64,000 nucleotides of DNA. It comes from Candidatus Bacteroides merdavium. Lineage in GTDB: Bacteria > Bacteroidota > Bacteroidia > Bacteroidales > Bacteroidaceae. Where the stretch lies: NCBI GenBank assembly GCA_019116805.1, contig DXAV01000068.1:21709-85708 (forward strand), given 5' to 3'. The notes beneath the pieces are model-generated. The model saw nothing but the letters and a program-made list of their open reading frames with translations. It was not told the DNA's origin and ran no database searches. The translations under genes and the position numbers were made by a program. This document shows, piece after piece, positions 45,128 through 54,908 of the stretch; position 1 is the stretch's first letter, and every line of letters starts with the position of its first letter.

Positions 45128-46771
45128 ATGAACATCAAAAGATTGACCCTTGCCGTCGTCTGCTTGGCGGCAGCTGTAGCCGATGCACTGGCTTGCACCA
45201 ACCTCATTGTGGGCAAGAACGTGTCGGCCGACGGTTCGACCATCATTTCCTATTCGGCCGACTCCTATTCGCTGTTCGGCGAGTTGTATCATTATCCCGC
45301 AGGCATGCACAAGAAGGGGACGATGATCAACGTTTATGAGTGGGATACGGGCAAGTACCTGGGACAGATAGAGCAGGCACGCCAGACGTACAATGTGGTG
45401 GGCAACATGAATGAATTCCAGCTGACCATCGGCGAGACCACTTTCGGCGGACGTCCCGAACTGGTGGACACGATGGGTATCATCGACTATGGAAGTCTGA
45501 TTTATCTGGGCCTGCAACGTTCGCGTACGGCGCGCGAGGCCATTAAGGTGATGACCGAGCTGGTGCAGGAGTACGGCTACTACAGTAGTGGCGAGTCTTT
45601 CACCATTGCCGACCCCAATGAGGTGTGGATTATGGAAATGATAGGCAAAGGCCCTGGCGTACGTGGAGCCGTGTGGGTGGCTGTCCGTGTGCCGGACGAT
45701 TGCATCTCGGCTCATGCCAACCAGAGCCGCATCCATCAGTTCGATATGAACGACAAGGAAAACTGCATGTATTCGCCCGACGTTATCTCCTTTGCTCGCG
45801 AGAAGGGCTACTTCAACGGGGTGAACAAGGACTTCAGCTTCTCCAAGGCCTATGCGCCGCTCGATTTTGGTGCACGCCGCTATTGCGAGGCCCGCGTATG
45901 GAGCTACTTCAACATGTTTACTGACCGCGGCGAGGAGTTCCTGCCCTATATTCAGGGTACAACCGACGAACCGATGCCCCTCTACGTGAAGCCCAACCGC
46001 AAAATCTCCGTACAAGACGTGAAGAACGCCATGCGCGACCACTACGAAGGCACAGCGCTCGACATCACGAAAGACTTCGGCGCCGGTCCTTACCACACTC
46101 CCTATCGCCTCTCGCCGCTGGAGTTTGAGGTGAATGGACAGAAATACTTCAACGAGCGTCCTATTTCTACCCAGCAGAGCGGCTTCGTATTCGTGGCACA
46201 GATGCGCGAGACGCTGCCCGACGCCGTAGGTGGCGTGCTGTGGTTCGGCTTGGACGATGCCAACATGACAGTGTTCACGCCCGTCTATTGCTGTGCCACT
46301 CGTGTGCCCGAGTGCTACACCCGTGTGGACGGTGCTGACTACATCACCTTCTCCTGGAAGTCTTCCTTCTGGATATACAACTGGGTGGCCAACATGGTAT
46401 ATCCGCGCTATGACCTGATGATGGACGACGTGCGGGCCGTACAGACCGAAATAGAGACTACCTTCAACCAGGCACAGGAGGGTATTGAAGCCGTTGCCTT
46501 GAAACTGCTGGAAACCGATCCGGCCAAGGCCAAGGAATTCCTGACGAACTACACCGTGATGACGGCCCAAAGTACCCACGACGCCTGGAAGCGCCTCGGC
46601 GAATTCCTCATCGTGAAATACAATGACGGCGTGGTGAAGTGCGTGAAGGACGGCAAGTTCGAACGCAATGCCATCGGCCAGCCAGCAGGTGTCATCCGTC
46701 CGGGCTATCCGAAGGAGTTCCTCGAGGAATACGTGAAGCAGACCGGCGACCGATATAAAATTCCCGAATAA
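45128..46771 (+). CDS. C69 family dipeptidase
   Basis: Signal peptide followed by the N-terminal nucleophile CTN; GNMNE.QL.IGETT and SGESF motifs. Confidence 0.92.
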   Translation: MNIKRLTLAVVCLAAAVADALACTNLIVGKNVSADGSTIISYSADSYSLFGELYHYPAGMHKKGTMINVYEWDTGKYLGQIEQARQTYNVVGNMNEFQLTIGETTFGGRPELVDTMGIIDYGSLIYLGLQRSRTAREAIKVMTELVQEYGYYSSGESFTIADPNEVWIMEMIGKGPGVRGAVWVAVRVPDDCISAHANQSRIHQFDMNDKENCMYSPDVISFAREKGYFNGVNKDFSFSKAYAPLDFGARRYCEARVWSYFNMFTDRGEEFLPYIQGTTDEPMPLYVKPNRKISVQDVKNAMRDHYEGTALDITKDFGAGPYHTPYRLSPLEFEVNGQKYFNERPISTQQSGFVFVAQMRETLPDAVGGVLWFGLDDANMTVFTPVYCCATRVPECYTRVDGADYITFSWKSSFWIYNWVANMVYPRYDLMMDDVRAVQTEIETTFNQAQEGIEAVALKLLETDPAKAKEFLTNYTVMTAQSTHDAWKRLGEFLIVKYNDGVVKCVKDGKFERNAIGQPAGVIRPGYPKEFLEEYVKQTGDRYKIPE

Positions 46772-46851
46772 TTTGTTTGTTCATTTTATCTGATTATCTT
46801 TGTCGGACTATAAAAATAGATAATGTTTTAACCTATAAAATAATAGAGTTT

Positions 46852-48591
46852 ATGGAAAATCAAGAATTGATTAAAGTCGTTACCGAGAAAGCTCAGGAAT
46901 GGCTGGGACCGGCTTTCGATGCCGAGACTCAGGCTGAAGTGAAGAAAATGCTTGAGAACGATGATAAGACGGAGCTGATAGAAAGCTTCTACAAGGATTT
47001 GGAATTTGGTACGGGAGGTCTGCGTGGTATTATGGGTGCCGGCAGCAACCGTATGAACATCTATACCGTGGGTGCCGCTACGCAAGGTCTGGCCAACTAT
47101 TTGAACAAGTGCTTTGCCGGCCAGCCCGTTTCCGTAGTTGTGGGTCACGACTGCCGCAACAACAGCCGCAAGTTTGCCGAAATCTCGGCTGACATCTTCT
47201 CGGCCAACGGCATCAAGGTCTATCTGTTCGACGACCTGCGTCCTACGCCCGAAGTATCTTTTGCCATCCGTCATCTGGGCTGCCAGAGCGGTATCAACAT
47301 CACCGCCAGCCACAACCCGCGTGAGTACAACGGCTACAAGGCCTACTGGGACGACGGCGCACAGGTGTTGGCTCCGCACGACACCGCCATCATCGACGAG
47401 GTGAACAAGGTGAAGGTGGCCGACATCAAGTTCAACGGCAACAAGGAACTCATCCAGATTATCGGTGAGGATGTGGACAAGGCATATCTGGAGAAGGTGC
47501 ACTCCATCTCCATCGACCCCGAAGTCATCAAGCGTCAGAAGGACCTGAACATCGTTTACACACCGCTTCACGGTGCTGGACGTACGTTGATTCCTGCCTC
47601 TCTGAAGGTATGGGGCTTCGAGAACGTACATTGTGTGGAGTCGCAGATGGTGAAGGACGGTAACTTCCCGACGGTGGTTTCGCCCAATCCCGAGAATGCC
47701 GAGGCACTGACACTGGCCATCAAGCTGGCCAAGGAAATCGATGCCGACATTGTGATGGCCAGCGACCCCGATGCCGACCGTGTAGGTATGGCCTGCAAGG
47801 ACGACAAGGGCGAGTGGGTACTCATCAACGGCAACCAGACCTGTCTGCTCTTCCTCTACTATATCATCAAGAACCGTCTGGCTACGGGCAAGATGCAGCC
47901 GGGCGACTTTATCGTGAAGACCATCGTGACGACCGAGCTTATCAAGGCTGTGGCCGACAAGAATAAGGTCGAGATGCTCGACTGCTACACGGGCTTCAAG
48001 TGGATTGCCCGCGAAATCCGCCTGCGCGAAGGCAAGCAGCAGTACATCGGCGGTGGTGAAGAGAGCTACGGCTTCTTGGCCGAAGACTTCGTGCGCGACA
48101 AGGATGCCGTTTCGGCCTGCTCGCTGCTGGCTGAAATCTGTGCCTGGGCCAAGGATCAGGGCAAGACACTCTACGACGTGCTGATGGATATCTACGTAGA
48201 ATACGGTTTCTCGAAAGAAACTACCGTCAACGTGGTGAAGCCCGGCAAGAGCGGTGCCGAAGAAATCAAGGCCATGATGGACAACTTCCGCGCCAACCCG
48301 CCGAAGGAAATCGGTGGTTCGAAGGTGTGCGTGGTGAAGGACTACAAGACGCTGGAGATGACCGGTGCCGACGGCAAGGTGAGCAAACTCGACATGCCCG
48401 AACCTTCGAACGTACTCCAGTACTTCACGGAAGACGGTACGAAGATTTCTGTCCGCCCCTCGGGTACGGAACCAAAGATCAAGTTCTACATCGAGGTGAA
48501 GGGCCAGATGGGATGTCCCAAGTGCTATGCCGGTGCCAATGCTGATGCTGAAGAAAAGGTGAAGGCTGTACGTGCTTCTTTGGGCATCTGA
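46852..48591 (+). CDS. pgm: Phosphoglucomutase/phosphomannomutase
   Basis: FGTGGLRG, TASHNP, DPDADR, GEESYG and RPSGTEPK motifs. Start placed at MENQEL. Confidence 0.93.
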   Translation: MENQELIKVVTEKAQEWLGPAFDAETQAEVKKMLENDDKTELIESFYKDLEFGTGGLRGIMGAGSNRMNIYTVGAATQGLANYLNKCFAGQPVSVVVGHDCRNNSRKFAEISADIFSANGIKVYLFDDLRPTPEVSFAIRHLGCQSGINITASHNPREYNGYKAYWDDGAQVLAPHDTAIIDEVNKVKVADIKFNGNKELIQIIGEDVDKAYLEKVHSISIDPEVIKRQKDLNIVYTPLHGAGRTLIPASLKVWGFENVHCVESQMVKDGNFPTVVSPNPENAEALTLAIKLAKEIDADIVMASDPDADRVGMACKDDKGEWVLINGNQTCLLFLYYIIKNRLATGKMQPGDFIVKTIVTTELIKAVADKNKVEMLDCYTGFKWIAREIRLREGKQQYIGGGEESYGFLAEDFVRDKDAVSACSLLAEICAWAKDQGKTLYDVLMDIYVEYGFSKETTVNVVKPGKSGAEEIKAMMDNFRANPPKEIGGSKVCVVKDYKTLEMTGADGKVSKLDMPEPSNVLQYFTEDGTKISVRPSGTEPKIKFYIEVKGQMGCPKCYAGANADAEEKVKAVRASLGI

Positions 48592-48621
48592 GACGACAAA
48601 TAAAACTCTGTTGAGAAAGTG

Positions 48622-48660
48622 AGAGGCTGCTTCTTTTTAAGAGGCAGCCTCTTTTATTTT
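48622..48660 (+). terminator. Intrinsic terminator after pgm
   Basis: AGAGGCTGCTTCTT/AAGAGGCAGCCTCT stem followed by a T-rich tail. Confidence 0.88.
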
Positions 48661-48689
48661 GTGAAATACGGAAAAACGGATGGTTATCT

Positions 48690-48778
48690 GGCTTGTGCGA
48701 CTCTTTTGCTCAGCTAATACAAGTTGTTTGCCCAGCTTGTGCAGTTCGTTTGCCCTGCTTATTCGGGTGGCTTGTCCG
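48690..48778. repeat. Degenerate 22-bp-period tandem array (family C)
   Basis: GCT at 48691, 48713, 48735 and 48757; TTTGC at 48705, 48727 and 48749. Confidence 0.65.
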
Positions 48779-48804
48779 CGCGCATGAGGAAACGCAGACG
48801 GATG

Positions 48805-49602
48805 TCAGCGGTCTTTGCCTTCGAGCCAAGTGTCGATGAGACGGCGGGCGATGCTCAGCTTGCGCGGCAGTTCGGGCAGGTTATTACGGTGGTAGAAGGC
48901 ACCGGCCGTAAGCTCGTCCTCCTGCAGTTTGATGGTTCCACTTTCGTAATCGGCAAAGAAACCTACCATCAGGCCGCTGGGATAGGGCCAGGGCTGACTG
49001 TCGAAGTAGGTGATGTTTCGGATGGTGAGTCCCGTTTCTTCCATTACCTCACGGCGGACGCATTGCTCCAGCGTCTCGCCCGCCTCGAGGAAGCCCGCCA
49101 CAAGTCCGTAGAAGGTACCGCGGAAGTTTCGGGCGTGTACCATCAGTATCTCGTCGCCGCGGCGCACCAGCACGATGATGGCGGTGGAGATGGGCGGATA
49201 GAGCTCGTTGCCGCAGCGGGGGCACTTCTTCATGATGTCGGTCTGCTGCTCGGTGGGTGTGCCGCAGACGGGGCAGTAGCGGCTGTGCCGGTCCCAGTAG
49301 AGTATCTGGTAGGCCTTGCCGGCTGCTTTGTAGTCCGAAAGGGGCAGGTGGTCGAAGGAGGCACGCAGGCCTGTCATCATCCATTCGGCGGTTTCGGCCA
49401 CGGGATAGTCGATGGCAAATGCATAGACCTGTTCCCCGGTAGGCAGGGTGACGCGGTGCACCGTTTGCTCTGTGGCGGGGGCCACGGGCAGCTGTTCGCC
49501 TGTGGGCAGGGTGCAGGTGCCGTCGGGGTGTTTCTGTATCAGCAGCTGGTCGTTGTAGAAGATGCACCGGCGGGCGGTGCGGTCGTATTCCTGTTCGTTC
49601 AT
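48805..49602 (-). CDS. nudC: NAD(H) diphosphatase
   Basis: CPVCG...CPRCG zinc ribbon, Nudix box AGFLEAGETLEQCVRREVMEETG and SQPWPYP signature. Confidence 0.95.
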   Translation of the reverse strand: MNEQEYDRTARRCIFYNDQLLIQKHPDGTCTLPTGEQLPVAPATEQTVHRVTLPTGEQVYAFAIDYPVAETAEWMMTGLRASFDHLPLSDYKAAGKAYQILYWDRHSRYCPVCGTPTEQQTDIMKKCPRCGNELYPPISTAIIVLVRRGDEILMVHARNFRGTFYGLVAGFLEAGETLEQCVRREVMEETGLTIRNITYFDSQPWPYPSGLMVGFFADYESGTIKLQEDELTAGAFYHRNNLPELPRKLSIARRLIDTWLEGKDR

Positions 49603-49623
49603 CGTTTCAGCAGTTAGGTGGGG

Positions 49624-51507
49624 TCAGAAGTTTACGTGTACACCTCCCATGAAGGTGGCCTTCGGCATGGGGTAGCCCGCGTTGATCTCGTAGCGCTGTG
49701 CCAGCAGGTTCTCGCCTTTCACGAAGAGGCTTGCAAAGTTACACAGACGGTAGCCGATATTCAAGTTCCAGAGTACAAAAGTTTCCTGCTTTTCCTGTCC
49801 CTGCGTCACGGAGGTGTAGAGCCCGCGAACATACTGCACGCCGCTCGAGGCTGTCCACCGTCCCTGATGGTAGTTGGCGCCGACGTACAGTTTGTGTTCG
49901 GGGGCAGCCAGCACGGGATGTTCCATATGCAGCCAGCTGTAGTTGGCGTTGGCCTGCCAGCGGGCATTGAACCGGTAGGACACGGTGGCCTCCGTACCCC
50001 AGTTCTCAATGTGTCCCGTGTTCACGTTCTTGCGCTGGGCGGGGTCCACCTGTATGATGTTTTTCCCGTCGATGTAGTAGAGGTTGAGGCCGTAGGCCAG
50101 TGAGCCGTTGCAAAGACGTTGCGTGTAGGCCAGCTCGTAGCTGACGAGGCTCTCGGGCTGCAGGTCGGGATTCTTGGAGAACATGAACAGCTCGCGGATA
50201 GTAGGGTTGCGGAATCCCTTGCCTACCATGGCCTTCAACTCGGCCTGCCGGGGTAGGTGGAAGGCCAGTCCGCCTTGGGGTATCCACTCCGTACCCGTGT
50301 GCGAGTGATGGTCCACACGCAGTCCGGCGTCAATCGACAGCCATCGGCCGATGTCCTGCCGGAAATCCACGTATCCGGCCACTTCGTCCAGCTGTTTGTC
50401 CACCTGCGGCTGCTTTTCGCCCGTGGCCAGTACCTTGTACCACGACTCGCCGCCGAAGTGCTGGTAGTCTATACCGGCGGTGATGCGGTTACCTTCGAAG
50501 AGGGTGGCGCTCTGGTACCACGACAGGCCCATCATGCGGTCCTTGGAGTTGAAGTGCGACGTCTGCGGCTCTTCGCCCGGATGGTAGCCGTCGTTGATGC
50601 GGTGGCGTCCCCAGTTGTAGAAGAAGCTCAGTGCACCTGAGGTTCGTTCATAATGATTCTCGAGAGCAGCCGAGGCCATGCCGCGGGTGATGTGCGAGTC
50701 GTTGTCGATGTAGGGGGCTGCGGTGGTGCCGGGGTTGGAGACGTTGAAGTGAGTCACGTTGACGTCGCCCCACAGTTTCCACCGGTTACTGAAGTCATAG
50801 CCCAGTTTGGCATAGCCGCCATACTGCTCGAAGTCCATATCCGGTCGGTGTCCGTCGCTGCGGTTGTACGAACCGGTGACGATGCTGCTGAAGCGTCCGC
50901 GCTTCAAGCGGTTGGTTACCTCGGTTTGCAGGGTGTTGTAGGAACCGTATGCGGCCTGCACGTCGGTCTTCGAGCCTTCTTCCTCCATCTGCCGCGTGAC
51001 GATGTTGATGACGCCGCCCATGGCGTTCGAGCCGTAGAGTACCGAGGCTGGTCCGCGCAGCACTTCCACGCGTTCGGCCATCATTGTCTGGTAGGCATCG
51101 GCTATGGGATGTCCCATCAGCCCCATGTACTGCGGGTGTCCGTCGATGAGCACCAGCAGTCCGGCCGTGGGGCTGCCGCCGATGCCGCGCAGGCTCATGC
51201 CTCCGGCCGCTCCGGTGGACACGCCGTAGCCCATGATGCCGCGGCTGGTAGTGAAGAAGCCGGGCACCTGCTCGGTCAGTGTGGGCAGTACGGAGGGCTG
51301 GTAATTGCTTTCCAGCTGCTTCCGGCCTACAACGGAAATAGTCATGGGCAGGTGGCGGATGTCGGTCTTGTTGCGGGTTCCGGTCACTATCACCTCGTCG
51401 GTGGTCAGGTTACGGTCAATGCGTGTGGTGTCCTGCTGTCCCTGGACGACAGGTGATGTCAGTAGCAGGAGGGCCAGCAGGCTTCCTGTCAGGTTCCGTT
51501 CTTTCAT
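49624..51507 (-). CDS. TonB-dependent receptor (compact BtuB/CirA-like, not SusC type)
   Basis: Signal peptide from MKERNL, TonB box DEVIVTG, plug motif ERVEVLRGPASVLYGSNAMGGVINI and C-terminal Phe. Confidence 0.93.
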   Translation of the reverse strand: MKERNLTGSLLALLLLTSPVVQGQQDTTRIDRNLTTDEVIVTGTRNKTDIRHLPMTISVVGRKQLESNYQPSVLPTLTEQVPGFFTTSRGIMGYGVSTGAAGGMSLRGIGGSPTAGLLVLIDGHPQYMGLMGHPIADAYQTMMAERVEVLRGPASVLYGSNAMGGVINIVTRQMEEEGSKTDVQAAYGSYNTLQTEVTNRLKRGRFSSIVTGSYNRSDGHRPDMDFEQYGGYAKLGYDFSNRWKLWGDVNVTHFNVSNPGTTAAPYIDNDSHITRGMASAALENHYERTSGALSFFYNWGRHRINDGYHPGEEPQTSHFNSKDRMMGLSWYQSATLFEGNRITAGIDYQHFGGESWYKVLATGEKQPQVDKQLDEVAGYVDFRQDIGRWLSIDAGLRVDHHSHTGTEWIPQGGLAFHLPRQAELKAMVGKGFRNPTIRELFMFSKNPDLQPESLVSYELAYTQRLCNGSLAYGLNLYYIDGKNIIQVDPAQRKNVNTGHIENWGTEATVSYRFNARWQANANYSWLHMEHPVLAAPEHKLYVGANYHQGRWTASSGVQYVRGLYTSVTQGQEKQETFVLWNLNIGYRLCNFASLFVKGENLLAQRYEINAGYPMPKATFMGGVHVNF

Positions 51508-51923
51508 GCTTTTTTTCTTAAGTTGGCAATAAATTTTTCGATAACTGGGAAAATTTCTTTGGCCGAGTGGAGGTCGCGGCTGGCCTGTTCCAGCGGGCAC
51601 CAGCCCGTACGGTCGCGGTTGATGATGTGGTCCACCACTTCGTCGCAGGTCACCATAGCTCCTGCCTCTTGCAGCAGCTGGAGAGCCGGCCGGCTGATGG
51701 TGCGTGTGTAGACTTCGCACACGCCGCCCAGCACCATGAGCGAGGCTGCCGCCTTGCCGATGACCTTGTCGGCTACGGATGCGCCGTGCAGGAATTCGGG
51801 TTCCTGTACCAGCAGGTCATAAAGGTCGGCCACACCCCGCTGTGTGAACGTACGGATGCGGTCACCATTGGCTATCACGCAAGAGTATTCTCCTGCGTGA
51901 AGCATGTCTATGAGTTCTTTCAT
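51504..51923 (-). CDS. DUF1893 (TM1506-like) protein
   Basis: RGVADL, ADKVIGKAAA and IINRDRTGWCPLE motifs. Confidence 0.88.
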   Translation of the reverse strand: MKELIDMLHAGEYSCVIANGDRIRTFTQRGVADLYDLLVQEPEFLHGASVADKVIGKAAASLMVLGGVCEVYTRTISRPALQLLQEAGAMVTCDEVVDHIINRDRTGWCPLEQASRDLHSAKEIFPVIEKFIANLRKKA

Positions 51924-51939
51924 TCTTTGTCTTTTCGGA

Positions 51940-53328
51940 TTACAGCGTTTCTTGTTTCAACTGCTCCACATAGCGGTCGATGCGGTGCAGCTCTTCGGGA
52001 ATGTCAATGCTTTGCGGGCAGTGGGACACGCATTGGCCGCAACCGATACAGTGGCTGGCCTGGCGCAGGCGGGGCACACTGCGGTCGTACCCGATGAGGA
52101 AGGCCCGGCGTGCCTCGTGGTAGTTGGCGTGCTCCTGCGAAGTGGGCAGATTGCCCTCGTTCACACATTTATTATAATGTATCAGTACGGCGGGAATGTC
52201 GATGCCGTAGGGGCAGGGCATGCAGTACTTGCAGTCGTTGCAGGGGATGGTGGGGTATTGCTTCATCAGGTCGGCCGTCTGCTGCAGGAATTCCAGGTCG
52301 TCGTCCGTCAGGGGTACCAGCGGCGAATAGGTACGCAGGTTGTCCTGCAGATGCTCCATGTAGGTCATGCCGCTCAGCACCGTCAGTACGTCGGGGAACG
52401 TGCCTGCAAAGCGGAAAGCCCACGAGGCTACGCTCGCTTCGGGGCCGCGCTGTTTGAGGCGTGCCACGAGGTGTTCGGGCAGCTTGGACAGACGTCCGCC
52501 CAGCAGCGGTTCCATGATGATGGCCGGTATGTGGCGTTTCTCCAGTTCGGCGTAGAGATAGTCGGCGTTGACGTTGCGTCCCGAGGCATATTTCCAGTCT
52601 ACATAGTTCAGCTGGATCTGTACGAAGTCCCAGTGCACCTGATCGTGCATGGCCAGTACCTCGTCGAACACTTCCTTGGTACCGTGGAAAGAGAAGCCCA
52701 GATTACGGATACGGCCGGCCTCGCGCTCTTTCATTAGGAAGTCTATCATGCCATTCTCGATGTAACGGGCGCGGAAGGTCTCGATGCCACCGTTGCCGAT
52801 AGAGTGCAGCAGGTAGTAGTCAATGTAGTCCACTTGTAGTTCTGAGAACGAGCGGTTGTACATGGCGATGGAGTTCTCGCGCGTATAGTTGGAGAAGTTG
52901 GACAGCTTGGTAGCCACGAAGAACTTCTCGCGCGGATGGCGCTTCAAGGCAATGCCGGTCGATTTTTCCGACCAACCCTGTACGTAAACAGGTGACGTAT
53001 CGTAGTAGTTCACGCCGTGGGCCATAGCATAGTCTATCAGTTCGTTCACGGCATCTTGGTCGATGACGTTGCCGCCCTTTTCGGGAGCGGGCAAGGTGGG
53101 CCAGCGCATGCATCCGTAGCCCAGCAGCGATACTTTCTCTTTGGTTTTCGGGTTTTCGCGCAGGGTCATCTTGTCAGTGGGGATTTCTCCTTCTGCCTGC
53201 AGGGAGGAGGAAGCGGAGTCCTTCGGACTGCATCCTGCCAGTGCCGCGGTTGTGGTGGCCGTACTGATGCCTACAATCTTCAGGAACTCGCGGCGGGACA
53301 TATCGTTGGAATGATTCTGGTCGTTCAT
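51940..53328 (-). CDS. Tat-lipoprotein aldo/keto reductase with a C-terminal 2x[4Fe-4S] domain
   Basis: SRREFLK and LAGC lipobox; D/Y/K/H tetrad (DTSPVY, ATKL, LLH); CNDCKYCMPCP and CIGCGQCVSHCP. Confidence 0.92.
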   Translation of the reverse strand: MNDQNHSNDMSRREFLKIVGISTATTTAALAGCSPKDSASSSLQAEGEIPTDKMTLRENPKTKEKVSLLGYGCMRWPTLPAPEKGGNVIDQDAVNELIDYAMAHGVNYYDTSPVYVQGWSEKSTGIALKRHPREKFFVATKLSNFSNYTRENSIAMYNRSFSELQVDYIDYYLLHSIGNGGIETFRARYIENGMIDFLMKEREAGRIRNLGFSFHGTKEVFDEVLAMHDQVHWDFVQIQLNYVDWKYASGRNVNADYLYAELEKRHIPAIIMEPLLGGRLSKLPEHLVARLKQRGPEASVASWAFRFAGTFPDVLTVLSGMTYMEHLQDNLRTYSPLVPLTDDDLEFLQQTADLMKQYPTIPCNDCKYCMPCPYGIDIPAVLIHYNKCVNEGNLPTSQEHANYHEARRAFLIGYDRSVPRLRQASHCIGCGQCVSHCPQSIDIPEELHRIDRYVEQLKQETL

Positions 53329-53423
53329 TTGTATGTTGATATAGAAGTTAGAAAAGTTAAAGAAGTTATGGAAGTGATGCTGATAATGTATTGCTGATCA
53401 CTAACCGTTCACCATTCGATTGC

Positions 53424-54908
53424 TCAAATAATCTTGTGCCGTTCGTGTCCTTCCACATAAATGGCGCTGAAGGGCCGGGCTGGGCAAAGGTTCTCGCAGG
53501 CACCGCAACCGATGCAGCGTTCGGTGTCGATGGCCGGGAACTTGAGCGAGTCGGGATTGTTGGGGTCTGAGGGTACCATGGTGATAGCACCTGTGGGGCA
53601 ATGGCGCGCGCAGTTACCGCATTCCACTTTGTCTGTTTTTACCACGCAGTTGCGCTTGATCCATACGGCGTGCCCTATCTGGATGGACGACTTGTCGGCC
53701 ACGGTAATGGGCTTGATGGCTCCCGCGGGGCAGACTTCCGAACACTTGGTACACTCGGGGCGACAGTAGCCGCGTTCGTACGAAGAGAAAGGTTGCATCA
53801 GCGTCATCAGGCCGGTAGAAGGGCGCAACACCTCGTTGGGGCATACCGACACGCAGAGCTGGCAGGCCGTGCAGTGTTGGGCGAAGTGGCGGGCACCTTG
53901 GGCTCCCGGCGGCAGGATAGGCGTTTTTCGGTTGGGGATTTTCTTGTCTTCGATGGTAGCCAGTCCGCCGTCCACCTTCATCTCCTGAGCCTTCAGTACG
54001 GCAGCCGAAGCTGCCAGTGCCGTTGATGTCAGGAAGGCACGGCGCGAACTGCCTTCTTCATCCTTCTTTCCGTTTGCTTCGACTTTCGTCTTGGTCGGAT
54101 GGACGTAGCGCAGCGCCTGGTGTTTGCACTTGTCCAGGCAGTCCATACAGGCTACGCAGCGGCTGTAGTCTATGTTATGATTCTTGATGTCAATGCACGA
54201 AGCTTTGCAGTTGCGTGCACAGAGGTTACAGTTGGTGCACTTGTCGGTGTCGATGACCGGTTTCAGGTAGGCATATTTTGACAGGAAGCCCAGTACGGTA
54301 CCTACAGGGCAGATAGTGTTGCAATAAGTACGTCCACCCCGCCATGCCAATACGACGAGTACCACCAGTGTGACGGCAGCAATGACGAACGTAGGCAGAC
54401 TCTTCAGCCAGACGGTGGTATCGTAGAAGGCATAACTGTCGGCCCGTTCGGCCAAATAAGCCAACAGGTTGTTGCCCCATTGATAGATGGGAGCGAACAG
54501 ATTGCTCGTGATGCGTCCGTACGAACTGTAGGGCGCCAGCAGGGCGACAAACGAATGTATGCCTGCCACTAGTGCGATGACGAACACGCCCAGCACGCCG
54601 TAGCGCAACCACGACAGGGCGGGTGAATGACGGTAGCGGTTCTTCTTGCTTTTCTTTGAGAACCAGGCCACAATGTCTTGGAAGACGCCCAGCGGACAGA
54701 TGACCGAACAATAGACACGGCCCAGCAGCAGGGTGAGAATTACCAAAGCCAGTACCACTCCCACATTCAGCGTCAGCAGGGCAGGGAGGAATTGAATTTT
54801 GGCCATCCAGCCGAACCATGCGTGTAGCGTTCCCGTGAAGTCGAGGAACAGCAGGGTAATCAGCGTAAAGAATACGATGGCAGCAGTCAGTCTGATTTTA
54901 CGTAACAT
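53424..54908 (-). CDS. Membrane polyferredoxin (NapH/MauN-like fused to NapG/MauM-like)
   Basis: TM helices with two CxxxCP motifs, two ferredoxin motifs, internal SRRAFL and then four more Cys clusters. Confidence 0.9.
   Translation of the reverse strand: MLRKIRLTAAIVFFTLITLLFLDFTGTLHAWFGWMAKIQFLPALLTLNVGVVLALVILTLLLGRVYCSVICPLGVFQDIVAWFSKKSKKNRYRHSPALSWLRYGVLGVFVIALVAGIHSFVALLAPYSSYGRITSNLFAPIYQWGNNLLAYLAERADSYAFYDTTVWLKSLPTFVIAAVTLVVLVVLAWRGGRTYCNTICPVGTVLGFLSKYAYLKPVIDTDKCTNCNLCARNCKASCIDIKNHNIDYSRCVACMDCLDKCKHQALRYVHPTKTKVEANGKKDEEGSSRRAFLTSTALAASAAVLKAQEMKVDGGLATIEDKKIPNRKTPILPPGAQGARHFAQHCTACQLCVSVCPNEVLRPSTGLMTLMQPFSSYERGYCRPECTKCSEVCPAGAIKPITVADKSSIQIGHAVWIKRNCVVKTDKVECGNCARHCPTGAITMVPSDPNNPDSLKFPAIDTERCIGCGACENLCPARPFSAIYVEGHERHKII

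Noticed and set aside
49624-51720. 698-aa version of the TonB receptor, or a DUF1893-TBDR fusion
   Set aside because: The extension overlaps DUF1893 in another frame. The signal peptide begins at 51507 with an ATGA overlap.
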